DNA from: Promethearchaeati archaeon | GTDB lineage: Archaea > Asgardarchaeota > Heimdallarchaeia > Heimdallarchaeales > Heimdallarchaeaceae | Direction: 5' to 3' | NCBI GenBank assembly: GCA_013166775.1 | Contig: JABLTJ010000002.1 | Coordinates: 32,001 to 96,000, forward strand | DNA: 64,000 nucleotides | The notes under the pieces: model-generated | Told to the model about the DNA's origin: nothing | Databases searched by the model: none | What the model saw: the letters and a program-made list of their open reading frames with translations, nothing else | Shown here: piece after piece, positions 30,529 through 38,867 of the stretch | How the letters are laid out: each line of letters begins with the position of its first letter | Numbering within the stretch: position 1 is the stretch's first letter | Made by a program: the position numbers and the translations under genes

Positions 30529-31078
30529 TGCTAATCATTTCTAGAATTTTATTGTGATCTGTTGCCATATTAACTTCGATATAATCTAGCTTTGTAGGCT
30601 CAAACATATCTCTGAATTTTTCATAAACATTCGAATCAGCATCACTTAAAGTTTTCCTATTTCTCTTTGCTCTTTCTTCGAATCTTTTTCTTATAAGGCT
30701 TTCAGGACATGTTACTAGTACTAGTAGGAATTTAGCCTCGAAACGAGCACTTATTCTTTTTACTTTACTTCGAAGTCGTTCTTGGTAAAACGTCCCATCA
30801 AGAACACAACCTACACCATGTTTCAGAAGAGTATAAAGAACATAATTGATAGTATCATAAACAACCAACCTTTGTCTAACAGAATACGAGCCCCTTCCGA
30901 AAGAATCTTCTCTCACATCTTTGAAAATCCTTTTTCTAACTGAATCAGTACTAATGTGCTCTAATCTATATTTTCTAGCAATCTTTCTAGCTAAAGTGGA
31001 CTTGCCAGTTCCTGGTAATCCAACTAGTAGAATAACTAAGGGGGGTCTTCTCTTAATTCTTGCAGAGATTAGATTCAC
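30500..31078 (-). CDS. AAA_33 family P-loop kinase
   Basis: GLPGTGKST, STDSVRK, VLDGTF, SDAD; probable GTG start at 31078 overlapping the upstream TGA (GTGA). Confidence 0.88.
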   Translation of the reverse strand: MNLISARIKRRPPLVILLVGLPGTGKSTLARKIARKYRLEHISTDSVRKRIFKDVREDSFGRGSYSVRQRLVVYDTINYVLYTLLKHGVGCVLDGTFYQERLRSKVKRISARFEAKFLLVLVTCPESLIRKRFEERAKRNRKTLSDADSNVYEKFRDMFEPTKLDYIEVNMATDHNKILEMISNALSKRSSE

Positions 31079-34044
31079 TTCCTTTTGGCATGTTCGGGGC
31101 ACAAGATTTGTGTTTCCTCTTTAAACATTCCTTTCTTTAAATGCTCCTTTGCATGCCTCTTACAAATATTTTTCCCACAAGAAGAACACTTATTTAAGTG
31201 ATCTTTGCAGCTAAAATCATCACAGAAATCACATTTTGTTGCGTCCTCTGAGGATATCACACTCTTACAAGTTGAGCATACTACTGCATGATTTGAACAT
31301 ATCGTTTTCTTTGAAATAGAGTCTTCAATTGTGTGATCTTGACATAAAACTTTCCCACATACAGAACAGACATCAGGAGTGGAAACAAATAGCATTTTTG
31401 TAGATTTCTGCTCTAAGCAAATTTCACAAAGTAAATGAACTTCAGTTCCTAAAGCAGATTCAGCTATTCCCTTTAACGTTAGATCATTTCCTCTGGAATC
31501 TACCAAAGATACTTCAGCTAACGATACAGGAATATAAATCTGAGCAGCATAAATATCCTTTATTTCACTTGCCCTCGGTAAAATGAATTCTTTTTTGTTC
31601 ACCATTTCTTGGACATTCTGTAATAATTTTATTTTTGGAGTAGCATTTATTTGAGCATCTAATGTTTTAATTCGTCTAATACCTTCTTCAACTTCCTTAA
31701 CGTAATTTTTTACAACTTCTGGACCATATTTAAGAGTTTCAATAGCTTTATTATAATCTCCAACATCACGGGTACTCTTATACTTGAACTTATCTTGCAT
31801 CAGTGGTTTTAGAACAACATACAAGCCTTTAGCCTGTTCGATTTTTGCTTGAAATTGTTTTACTTTCTTTCTCTTTTCATTAATTGCTGTCCAGAGTTGA
31901 TTTCGTTCTTTTGTTAATTCCTCTATCCAATTTTTAATTTCAGCTTCATGTTCCTTTTCAAGTTTCACTAAGCCTTCTTCTATAGCAGAACTCCATGCTT
32001 GTACATAGAAGGTTTGATCTATTAACAAAACATCATGAAAAGATTCTAAAATAGCTTCTGGTTTTCTCTGTATTTCTAGTGCCTTGATATTAGATGATGG
32101 AGCTCCATATAGACTACCAAGATTCTTCATTGGAAGAACTGATATAAGTTCTTCAAAGACTTCTTCTGGTTGGACAGTGATTGATTGTTGTTCCCAAATC
32201 TTTTCTTTATCAGAGTATTCAATTTTATCTATTAAAGGGAAAATTCTCTTTATTGGAAGCTCTAAAGTTATATCTGCCCAACGATCTGCTTTAGCGAAAT
32301 TTACTAGAGTTCTTCTCTTAGCTTTAATTTGAAAGTCTAAATATAAGAAGGGAACATAAGCTAGTTCCAGGCTATCAGTTCCTAAGTAACTGAATTTTCT
32401 CTCACCAAAGAATTTGTCTAGTAATTCTTTGAAATCAACGGATTCATATTTTATATGCTGCTCTTTCATCGATTTGATTATATTACTCAAATCAATAGGT
32501 TCAATCTCTTCTATTTCTTCTGGTAAAAATACTGTAGGTTTCTCTTCAGAAACAGGTTTTATACCTTCTTCTGTATCAATCGGTGAAGGTTTTATTCCTG
32601 CTTGTTGATCAAGCAAACTAGGTGTGCTTGAGATTTTTCTTATTGAAGATAATTCGTTTTCAAGATCTTCTAAATTGAGTTCTTTCTCTATGTCTTCAAA
32701 ATCAATAGCATCTATATCGTAATCATAATCCCCTATTTGTTTGCATAATGGAGCAGGTGGATCTTCGTAGAGTTTAGCTACATCTTCATCAGAAAGAGTC
32801 TTATGAACAGTGTACAATCTTCGAGTCTTGATATGTACAGGTTTTTCGAAATTGTCTGGTGATAAGACATAGAATTCACCGCTTTTAAAATTCTGAAGCT
32901 GATCTACAATGAATCTGGCTTCAGGATAGGCTTGAAGCATCTTATCTACAATTCGTAAATCCTGCGGTGTAACAAATCTTCCAAAAAAGAAAGTACTCAC
33001 CTGCCCAAAGGATTTGTAATCAACATCACTAATATTTTGAGTTGCTACTAACATAGATAATCCATATTTTCTTCCTTGTTTGAAGAGTAGTTGTAGCCAT
33101 TGTTTTGTTGGGGGATTCTTTGGATGTGGAGGGATGAATTGTGGAGGACCTGCTAGTTCATCAATATAGAATACAAGTTGAGGATCCGGTGAAGGATTTG
33201 ACCGAATATAAGTATAGAGATTTTGTGCAAGTGATGTTATGTATAATTCTCTAAGTCGAAGATCCGTTAGCGTATTTAGAAAGATAATTGCTATTCTTGT
33301 TTTTTCAGGATCTGTAGATTTTATCAGTGTTTGAATAGAGAGCTTGGGACCTAAATTAAAAACGAGGGAAGGCGCACCTACATTCACTGATTTTATCCTT
33401 TTTATTAGAGAACTCTTTTCATTTGCTGAGAGAAGTGTTCTGATATTCTCTGGTAAATAAGCAATTTCTGATTGTATTAAATCAATTAACATCTCGAAAT
33501 CTGCTATCAGAATATCTTTTTCCAAACACTGCTCAAATAAAGAAACTAAATAAGCTTTTACTGCACCACCTTTTTCTGTGTTTAGTTTATAACCAAGAAC
33601 GCTAGCGATTGTTGTAGCTATACCATCTATTGCTAGAATTTTCTCTTCTCTATCTAGTTCTTGAGGTGGCATTATAAGAGGATTAATAGATAAAGGGATA
33701 CCTTTTTCTGAAGCAGGGGTAAAAATAACAATCTCAACTTTTTCTTTATACTGATCATAAAACTCTTTAGAGATTCCATAAGGTTTTAGTTTGTCATAAT
33801 CTTCTACCATAACTAAGCTACTTATGTCTCCTTGTGGATCTATGATTATGGCAGGAATATCATTTCGCAGAGCTTCTTCAATTAAAATTTTACATGTAAC
33901 AGTCTTTCCGCTTCCACTCTGACCAAATACACTAATATGCTTGTTCAATGCTTTTAATGGCAGAAACACATTTTCTTTGGTTTCGTTATCTTCACCTATC
34001 AAAAGTGATGAAGAGTGTTTCCCTAAATCTGACATATTCTTCAA
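31075..34044 (-). CDS. HerA/FtsK-like (DUF87/DUF853) ATPase with coiled coil and C-terminal Cys/His zinc-finger repeats
   Basis: HISVFGQSGSGKT, IIIDPQGD, FYIDE, KQGRKYG, ATQN; C-terminal CxxCxxxxCxxH repeats. Confidence 0.88.
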   Translation of the reverse strand: MKNMSDLGKHSSSLLIGEDNETKENVFLPLKALNKHISVFGQSGSGKTVTCKILIEEALRNDIPAIIIDPQGDISSLVMVEDYDKLKPYGISKEFYDQYKEKVEIVIFTPASEKGIPLSINPLIMPPQELDREEKILAIDGIATTIASVLGYKLNTEKGGAVKAYLVSLFEQCLEKDILIADFEMLIDLIQSEIAYLPENIRTLLSANEKSSLIKRIKSVNVGAPSLVFNLGPKLSIQTLIKSTDPEKTRIAIIFLNTLTDLRLRELYITSLAQNLYTYIRSNPSPDPQLVFYIDELAGPPQFIPPHPKNPPTKQWLQLLFKQGRKYGLSMLVATQNISDVDYKSFGQVSTFFFGRFVTPQDLRIVDKMLQAYPEARFIVDQLQNFKSGEFYVLSPDNFEKPVHIKTRRLYTVHKTLSDEDVAKLYEDPPAPLCKQIGDYDYDIDAIDFEDIEKELNLEDLENELSSIRKISSTPSLLDQQAGIKPSPIDTEEGIKPVSEEKPTVFLPEEIEEIEPIDLSNIIKSMKEQHIKYESVDFKELLDKFFGERKFSYLGTDSLELAYVPFLYLDFQIKAKRRTLVNFAKADRWADITLELPIKRIFPLIDKIEYSDKEKIWEQQSITVQPEEVFEELISVLPMKNLGSLYGAPSSNIKALEIQRKPEAILESFHDVLLIDQTFYVQAWSSAIEEGLVKLEKEHEAEIKNWIEELTKERNQLWTAINEKRKKVKQFQAKIEQAKGLYVVLKPLMQDKFKYKSTRDVGDYNKAIETLKYGPEVVKNYVKEVEEGIRRIKTLDAQINATPKIKLLQNVQEMVNKKEFILPRASEIKDIYAAQIYIPVSLAEVSLVDSRGNDLTLKGIAESALGTEVHLLCEICLEQKSTKMLFVSTPDVCSVCGKVLCQDHTIEDSISKKTICSNHAVVCSTCKSVISSEDATKCDFCDDFSCKDHLNKCSSCGKNICKRHAKEHLKKGMFKEETQILCPEHAKRK

Positions 34045-34121
34045 TTAAAATGAATTATCAAAATATAAAAACTATTGTAAAATGTTCTTAATTAGGGAAA
34101 AAGAAGAAAGGATAGATTAAG

Positions 34122-34475
34122 TTACAATCCTGCAATAAGAAACAATATTCCGCCAATTATAACTAATAGACCGCCGATACCACCACCAACGATACCTAGA
34201 ACAATCAGTAAAATACCGATTACAATATAGTCAAGACCAAATCGTCCGAGTGCTAGTAGAATTGATAAGGCTCCTATAGCAATTAGTATAATAGCAGCAA
34301 TTAAGACGCTAAGTCCTAAATTACCACCTATCCAGTTTGCAGTATTGAAGATATCAAGAACTGATTCAAGGATACCACCTATAGCCATCAAAACTCCGAC
34401 GATTATTTCGATGATTCCACCTATAATACCAAAGATGGAACCCCAATTAGCTAGACTTTTATTTTTCTTTGCCAT
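34122..34475 (-). CDS. Small glycine-rich membrane protein
   Basis: 117 aa, nearly all hydrophobic, GxxxG motifs, ends IIGGILFLIAGL. Confidence 0.75.
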   Translation of the reverse strand: MAKKNKSLANWGSIFGIIGGIIEIIVGVLMAIGGILESVLDIFNTANWIGGNLGLSVLIAAIILIAIGALSILLALGRFGLDYIVIGILLIVLGIVGGGIGGLLVIIGGILFLIAGL

Positions 34476-34579
34476 GGAACAAATTATTACTAGCTATTTT
34501 TAAATTTTAGCTAGCATAAAATAATAAGACAACAAACTGAAGTTTTTGTACATCAAAAAACTTCGCTTTTAATAACTCG

Positions 34580-34963
34580 TTATCTCTTTCTAGTCGAAGC
34601 AATAATGTAAATTATCCCTCCAATTACTAAGAATAAACCAGGAAATCCTAAACCAAAAATACCGATGATAATAAGCATTATTCCTGTTGCTAAATCAGAA
34701 ATTTCTGCGTTTACTAAGATTATTGAAATAGCACCAAATGCTACTCCTAAAATGGCTAATACAAGAATAAAGTTGAATTCTGAAAGATTTTCTAATGCAC
34801 TGAAAACCACAGTTTTAATTACTATATCTCTCGCAATATCTGGTAATATAGAAGTAGTCAAGAAATAATCAATGAAAAGTAATAACCCTCCAAGAACGAA
34901 AAGAATCCCACCTATTAAAGAAAAAGCCTTTGCCCATTTAATCAGTTCTTTCTTGGTTACCAT
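34580..34963 (-). CDS. Small glycine-rich membrane protein (paralog of 34122-34475)
   Basis: Shared W...F.(L/I)IGGI start and (L/F)LVI(I)GGI end. Confidence 0.75.
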   Translation of the reverse strand: MVTKKELIKWAKAFSLIGGILFVLGGLLLFIDYFLTTSILPDIARDIVIKTVVFSALENLSEFNFILVLAILGVAFGAISIILVNAEISDLATGIMLIIIGIFGLGFPGLFLVIGGIIYIIASTRKR

Positions 34964-35008
34964 ACAGAATAAATTAATCGTTTATCCTTTTTAAATCATG
35001 GGGTATTT

Positions 35009-35959
35009 TTAGAGAACTTCAGCTCTGGATGTCACAATGTGAGGACTCACACTTTTGTTAAATCTGACTACAACGGAATTTTCATTTGATGTTCTTCTTC
35101 CATGTATTCTAGATATGACACCGATTATTTCCTTTCCTGATTTCATTTGCACTCGAACTCTTTTACCAAGATAACTTGCTAATGGTGCTTCTGTTCTATT
35201 TAAATTAATTATGACGGATCTATTTTTAGTTCTACCAGTTCTATCGTGAACAACGTTTCTCACAACGCCATAAGTTGGAGAAATCTTCACTTTCTTCTTT
35301 GCTTTTTTTGGTGTAGATTTTCTTTTTGGTTTAATCTTAGGAATTGCTCTAGCTCTCTTAATTTCTCTTTGAGTCGAAGGAGTAGCAGCTATTTTTACAT
35401 GCGTTTCCAAAGGTTTGATCACAGGTTTTTCTAAAGGTTTGGTTGCTGGTTTTGCTGTAGGTTTCTTTACAGATGGTCTAGCAGTTGGTTTTACTGGTGG
35501 TTTCTCTGTGACTGCTTTCTTAACTGCAGAAGGTTTGGGAATAGCTTCTTCCAATGAATCTTCTTTAACTGCTGGTTTTTTTGCTGTTGGTTTCTTTGCT
35601 ACTGGTTTTTTTGCTGTTGGTTTCTTTGCTACTGGTTTCTTTGCTGTTGGTTTCTTTGCTGCTGGTTTCTTTGCTGTTGGTTTCTTAGTTGCAGGTTTTG
35701 CAGGAGGTTTGGGAATAGTTTTAGCAGGAGGTTTAGCTACAGATTTCTTTTTAGGAGGAATGATTTTAGCTACTTCTTTTGCAGCTTCAATTATTTTCTC
35801 AGCTGTAGCTTGTCCAATACCTGGAAGTTGTGCCATTTCGTCAGCTTTTGCTTTAGCAATTTTCTCAATAGTATTATAACCACAATCCTCAAGTGTTTTA
35901 GCGACTTTAGATCCTATCCCTTTAATGTTTGATATTTCACTTTCAACCATTAGTTGCAC
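35009..35959 (-). CDS. Helix-hairpin-helix domain + Lys/Pro/Ala-rich linker + ribosomal protein eL33 (L35Ae)-like domain
   Basis: IKGIG/LPGIG HhH motifs; C-terminal ASYLGKRV....SGKEIIGVISRIHG...VVVRFNK matches the L35Ae pattern. Confidence 0.7.
   Translation of the reverse strand: MQLMVESEISNIKGIGSKVAKTLEDCGYNTIEKIAKAKADEMAQLPGIGQATAEKIIEAAKEVAKIIPPKKKSVAKPPAKTIPKPPAKPATKKPTAKKPAAKKPTAKKPVAKKPTAKKPVAKKPTAKKPAVKEDSLEEAIPKPSAVKKAVTEKPPVKPTARPSVKKPTAKPATKPLEKPVIKPLETHVKIAATPSTQREIKRARAIPKIKPKRKSTPKKAKKKVKISPTYGVVRNVVHDRTGRTKNRSVIINLNRTEAPLASYLGKRVRVQMKSGKEIIGVISRIHGRRTSNENSVVVRFNKSVSPHIVTSRAEVL
35571..35690. repeat. 15-bp tandem repeat, about 8 units, encoding (A/T)KKP(T/A/V)
   Basis: Repeated ggttt(c/t)tttgc core within the 35009-35959 CDS. 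Confidence 0.9.
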
Positions 35960-36122
35960 CTTTTTGAATGTCTCAAAGCATTAAATTAGTTTTAAAAGTT
36001 TTTAGATTGCAAAGTTTTTAGAAAGCAGCAATATTAAGAATCAAACTTTATAATCTAGAGGGTTAAATCAGATACAGTAAAATACTCTTTTCCGTTTGAG
36101 TAAATCACTGAGGATTATAGTA

Positions 36123-36755
36123 ATGTCGAAAAAAATTATTCTTACAGGTTTCGAACCTTTTGGTAATTCTGACGTGAATCCCTCAACATTAGCATGTCAA
36201 GCTTTTGATGGAGAGAATATGGAAGATTATTCTATCCAAGCATATGAAATTCCATTAGTATTTAATGAAATAAAAGAAAAAATAGTCTCTTTACTGGAAA
36301 AGAAACCAAATGCTATCATCTGCACAGGACAATCATCTAGAGCTATGCTATCATTGGAAAGAGTAGCTATTAATATCGCAGATGTATCTAGAACAACTTA
36401 TAATTGTGAAACCAAACCAACAGATGAAATTTTAGAGGAAAATGGACCTGCAGGATATTTTACCACCCTCCCAATTAGAAAACTCAAAGAAAATTTGGAG
36501 AACAATAATATTCCTTGTGAAATATCTAATTCTGCGGGAGCTTTTGGTTGTAACCAGATTTTCTATCATCTAATGCATTATCTAGCTGAAAGGGAAATCA
36601 CGATTCCTGCTGGATTCATCCATGTCCCTTCTTTACCGGAACAGGTGATAGGTAAAAGGATATCATCGATGAGTTTGGATATTATCAAAAATGGTTTAAG
36701 AATTATTCTACAAACTTTAATAGATGAATTAGAATCAAATAAACAAAGTGATTAA
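36123..36755 (+). CDS. pcp: Pyroglutamyl-peptidase I
   Basis: LTGFEPFG, LERVAIN, SNSAGAFGCN, GFIHVP; likely start ATG 36123. Confidence 0.94.
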   Translation: MSKKIILTGFEPFGNSDVNPSTLACQAFDGENMEDYSIQAYEIPLVFNEIKEKIVSLLEKKPNAIICTGQSSRAMLSLERVAINIADVSRTTYNCETKPTDEILEENGPAGYFTTLPIRKLKENLENNNIPCEISNSAGAFGCNQIFYHLMHYLAEREITIPAGFIHVPSLPEQVIGKRISSMSLDIIKNGLRIILQTLIDELESNKQSD

Positions 36756-37173
36756 GTTTATGAAGGAACATGAGTTCTTAGCTTTAAAGACACATGAATT
36801 TTTAGAAATGATTGAAGCTATAGCTAGAGAGCGTCAAACATTGAAAATAAAAAGGAGAACAGATGATACAGTAATTCTCACATGCCATTTAGGTATCCCA
36901 ATTTCTCATATACGTTTTAAAACAAAAGAACAAGGGGAGAATCTAATAGTTACAAGAAAAGTAAATCTATTACCTCTCTTTTACTCATCTCTTCCGATTT
37001 TTATTCTGTTAGAAGCTATTATTTTTCTTATCTCTTATTTTAGGAATTTAGACAACATTTTCATTTACATTCTAGTTGCCTTAGCTTGGGTAATTGCAAT
37101 TGGATTTCTAATTTATCAAACATTTGCTGAATTGGAGGAAATATTCCGGAAATTATATAGAATTGAGGTGTAA
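36748..37173 (+). CDS. Hypothetical membrane protein
   Basis: 141 aa with two C-terminal TMs; overlaps the pcp stop. Confidence 0.65.
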   Translation: MIKFMKEHEFLALKTHEFLEMIEAIARERQTLKIKRRTDDTVILTCHLGIPISHIRFKTKEQGENLIVTRKVNLLPLFYSSLPIFILLEAIIFLISYFRNLDNIFIYILVALAWVIAIGFLIYQTFAELEEIFRKLYRIEV

Positions 37174-37176
37174 AAC

Positions 37177-38031
37177 ACGAAGATTGATCTGCATTGTCAT
37201 TCTAATTTTTCAGATGGATTATATAGTCCTAAGAGATTACTAGAGATAGCTGCTAGAGAAGATTTAGATGTATTCTCAATAACAGATCATGATAATGTTA
37301 AAGGGACAAAGATAGCAAAAACAATGTCTGCTGATTATAATTTTCTTTATCTAACAGGTATAGAAATATCTGCAAGGCACGAAGGGCAGAAAATAGAAAT
37401 TTTAGGGTATAATTTTGATCCATCAAATGAAAATCTACAAAAGAAACTCGTTTTTTTGCAGGATGCTAGAAAAGAAAGAATTCATAAAATAATAATCAAA
37501 TTAAATGAAATTGGTGTCAAAATAACTTGGGAAGATGTTGTAGAACAAATAGGAACAGCTGCAAGTCCAGGGAGACCACATTTTGCTAGAGCAATGATGA
37601 AAAAGAAATATGTGACTTCAGTAGCAGAAGCATTTGATCTATTTATTGGAGAAGGAAAACCTGCTTATGTAAAGAGAGTAACAATTACACCTAAAGAAGC
37701 TATTAAATTGATTAATGAAGCAGGAGGTATTGCTGTCATTCCTCACCCTCTATATGTAGAGTATTTAGATTTGAAGAAGTTAAAGGATATATTAGATATG
37801 CTTCTAAATTGGGGATTGCAAGGAGTAGAAGTATATTATAATTACAGAAAGAGTCTATCAAATCTCTCAAATAAACAAGAACAGGAAGCAAATGAATTTT
37901 TACTACAATTCTGTAGAAACAATAATTTACTAGTTACGGGAGGAACAGACTTTCATGGTGATACTGGTAAGATAGGGGAAGTTTCTGTTCCAAATGAAAT
38001 AATAAATAAAATTATCACCTATTTTTCTTGA
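37177..38031 (+). CDS. PHP-domain phosphoesterase (TrpH/RNase AM-like), N-terminus extends upstream of the annotated ATG
   Basis: In-frame upstream KIDLHCHSNFSDG...SITDHD motifs begin at ACG 37177 after GAGGTG; then GIEIS, PGRPHFA, PHP, GGTDFHG. Confidence 0.88.
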   Translation, partial: TKIDLHCHSNFSDGLYSPKRLLEIAAREDLDVFSITDHDNVKGTKIAKTMSADYNFLYLTGIEISARHEGQKIEILGYNFDPSNENLQKKLVFLQDARKERIHKIIIKLNEIGVKITWEDVVEQIGTAASPGRPHFARAMMKKKYVTSVAEAFDLFIGEGKPAYVKRVTITPKEAIKLINEAGGIAVIPHPLYVEYLDLKKLKDILDMLLNWGLQGVEVYYNYRKSLSNLSNKQEQEANEFLLQFCRNNNLLVTGGTDFHGDTGKIGEVSVPNEIINKIITYFS

Positions 38032-38867
38032 GTCTTCAATACATCCAAGAGAAGATCAGGGTTGTCTGTTACAATTCCATCAATTTTCCATTCAATTAGC
38101 TTTCTCATAGTTTCTCTATCATTTATTGTCCAAGAATGAACAGCAATATTTCGATTGTGTGCTCTTTGGATATTCTTTTCAGTCACTATTTTGATAATTC
38201 CAAAATCTATAGGTACCTGTAGAGCACAGAATCGTTTTTTTGTTAATAGTAACAAATGGGTTAAGAAAGCAAGTACTTCTAAGGGTCCAGCACTTGTTGG
38301 AATCTGTTTTACCTTGCTTATTTTCCTGAATCTTTTCAATTGTTTTTGGTGAAATGAACCAACTAACACCCTATTTTCTACATCTGAAGAAACTATAGTT
38401 TCATAAAGAGCCTGAGGTGCAGAAGAGAATCTATCTTTTATATCCATATTAATCCTAATTTTTGGTAATTTCTCAAACAATTCTTCAAGAGAAACTATCT
38501 TGAAACCTTTGTCCCTAAATGGATAGGAATCACTTGTTGGGTCTTTATACCAATATCCTAAATCAAATTCATGTAATTGTTCGTAGGTATACTCAGATAT
38601 AGATCCTTTTCCATTCGTAGTTCGATCCAACGTTTTATCATGAAAAACAATAGGAACTAAATCTTTTGTGATTCTAATATCAGTTTCTAAGGCATCTACA
38701 TCTAAATCATATGCCTCTTTGAATGCTTGAAAGGAGCTTTCTGGAGTAAAAGCGCTTCTTCCTCTATGTGCCATAACAAGTGGTCTATCATTCTTCAGAT
38801 AAGGAATGTTTGTTGTTTGATATACAGGAGAATTCAAAATACTAACCTTCTTTCTCTGTTTCTCCAA
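38019..38867 (-). CDS. Glycerophosphodiester phosphodiesterase
   Basis: AHRG, PES, ETDIRITKD, FHD..LDRTT, WTIND, DGIVTDNPD. Confidence 0.94.
   Translation of the reverse strand: MEKQRKKVSILNSPVYQTTNIPYLKNDRPLVMAHRGRSAFTPESSFQAFKEAYDLDVDALETDIRITKDLVPIVFHDKTLDRTTNGKGSISEYTYEQLHEFDLGYWYKDPTSDSYPFRDKGFKIVSLEELFEKLPKIRINMDIKDRFSSAPQALYETIVSSDVENRVLVGSFHQKQLKRFRKISKVKQIPTSAGPLEVLAFLTHLLLLTKKRFCALQVPIDFGIIKIVTEKNIQRAHNRNIAVHSWTINDRETMRKLIEWKIDGIVTDNPDLLLDVLKTQEK

Noticed and set aside
35571-35690. Tandem repeat considered as a CRISPR array
   Set aside because: Contiguous 15-bp coding repeats with no spacers and no cas genes
35415-35879. 154-aa plus-strand ORF with GFFA(V/T) repeats
   Set aside because: Antisense shadow of the AKKP repeat region of the 35009-35959 gene
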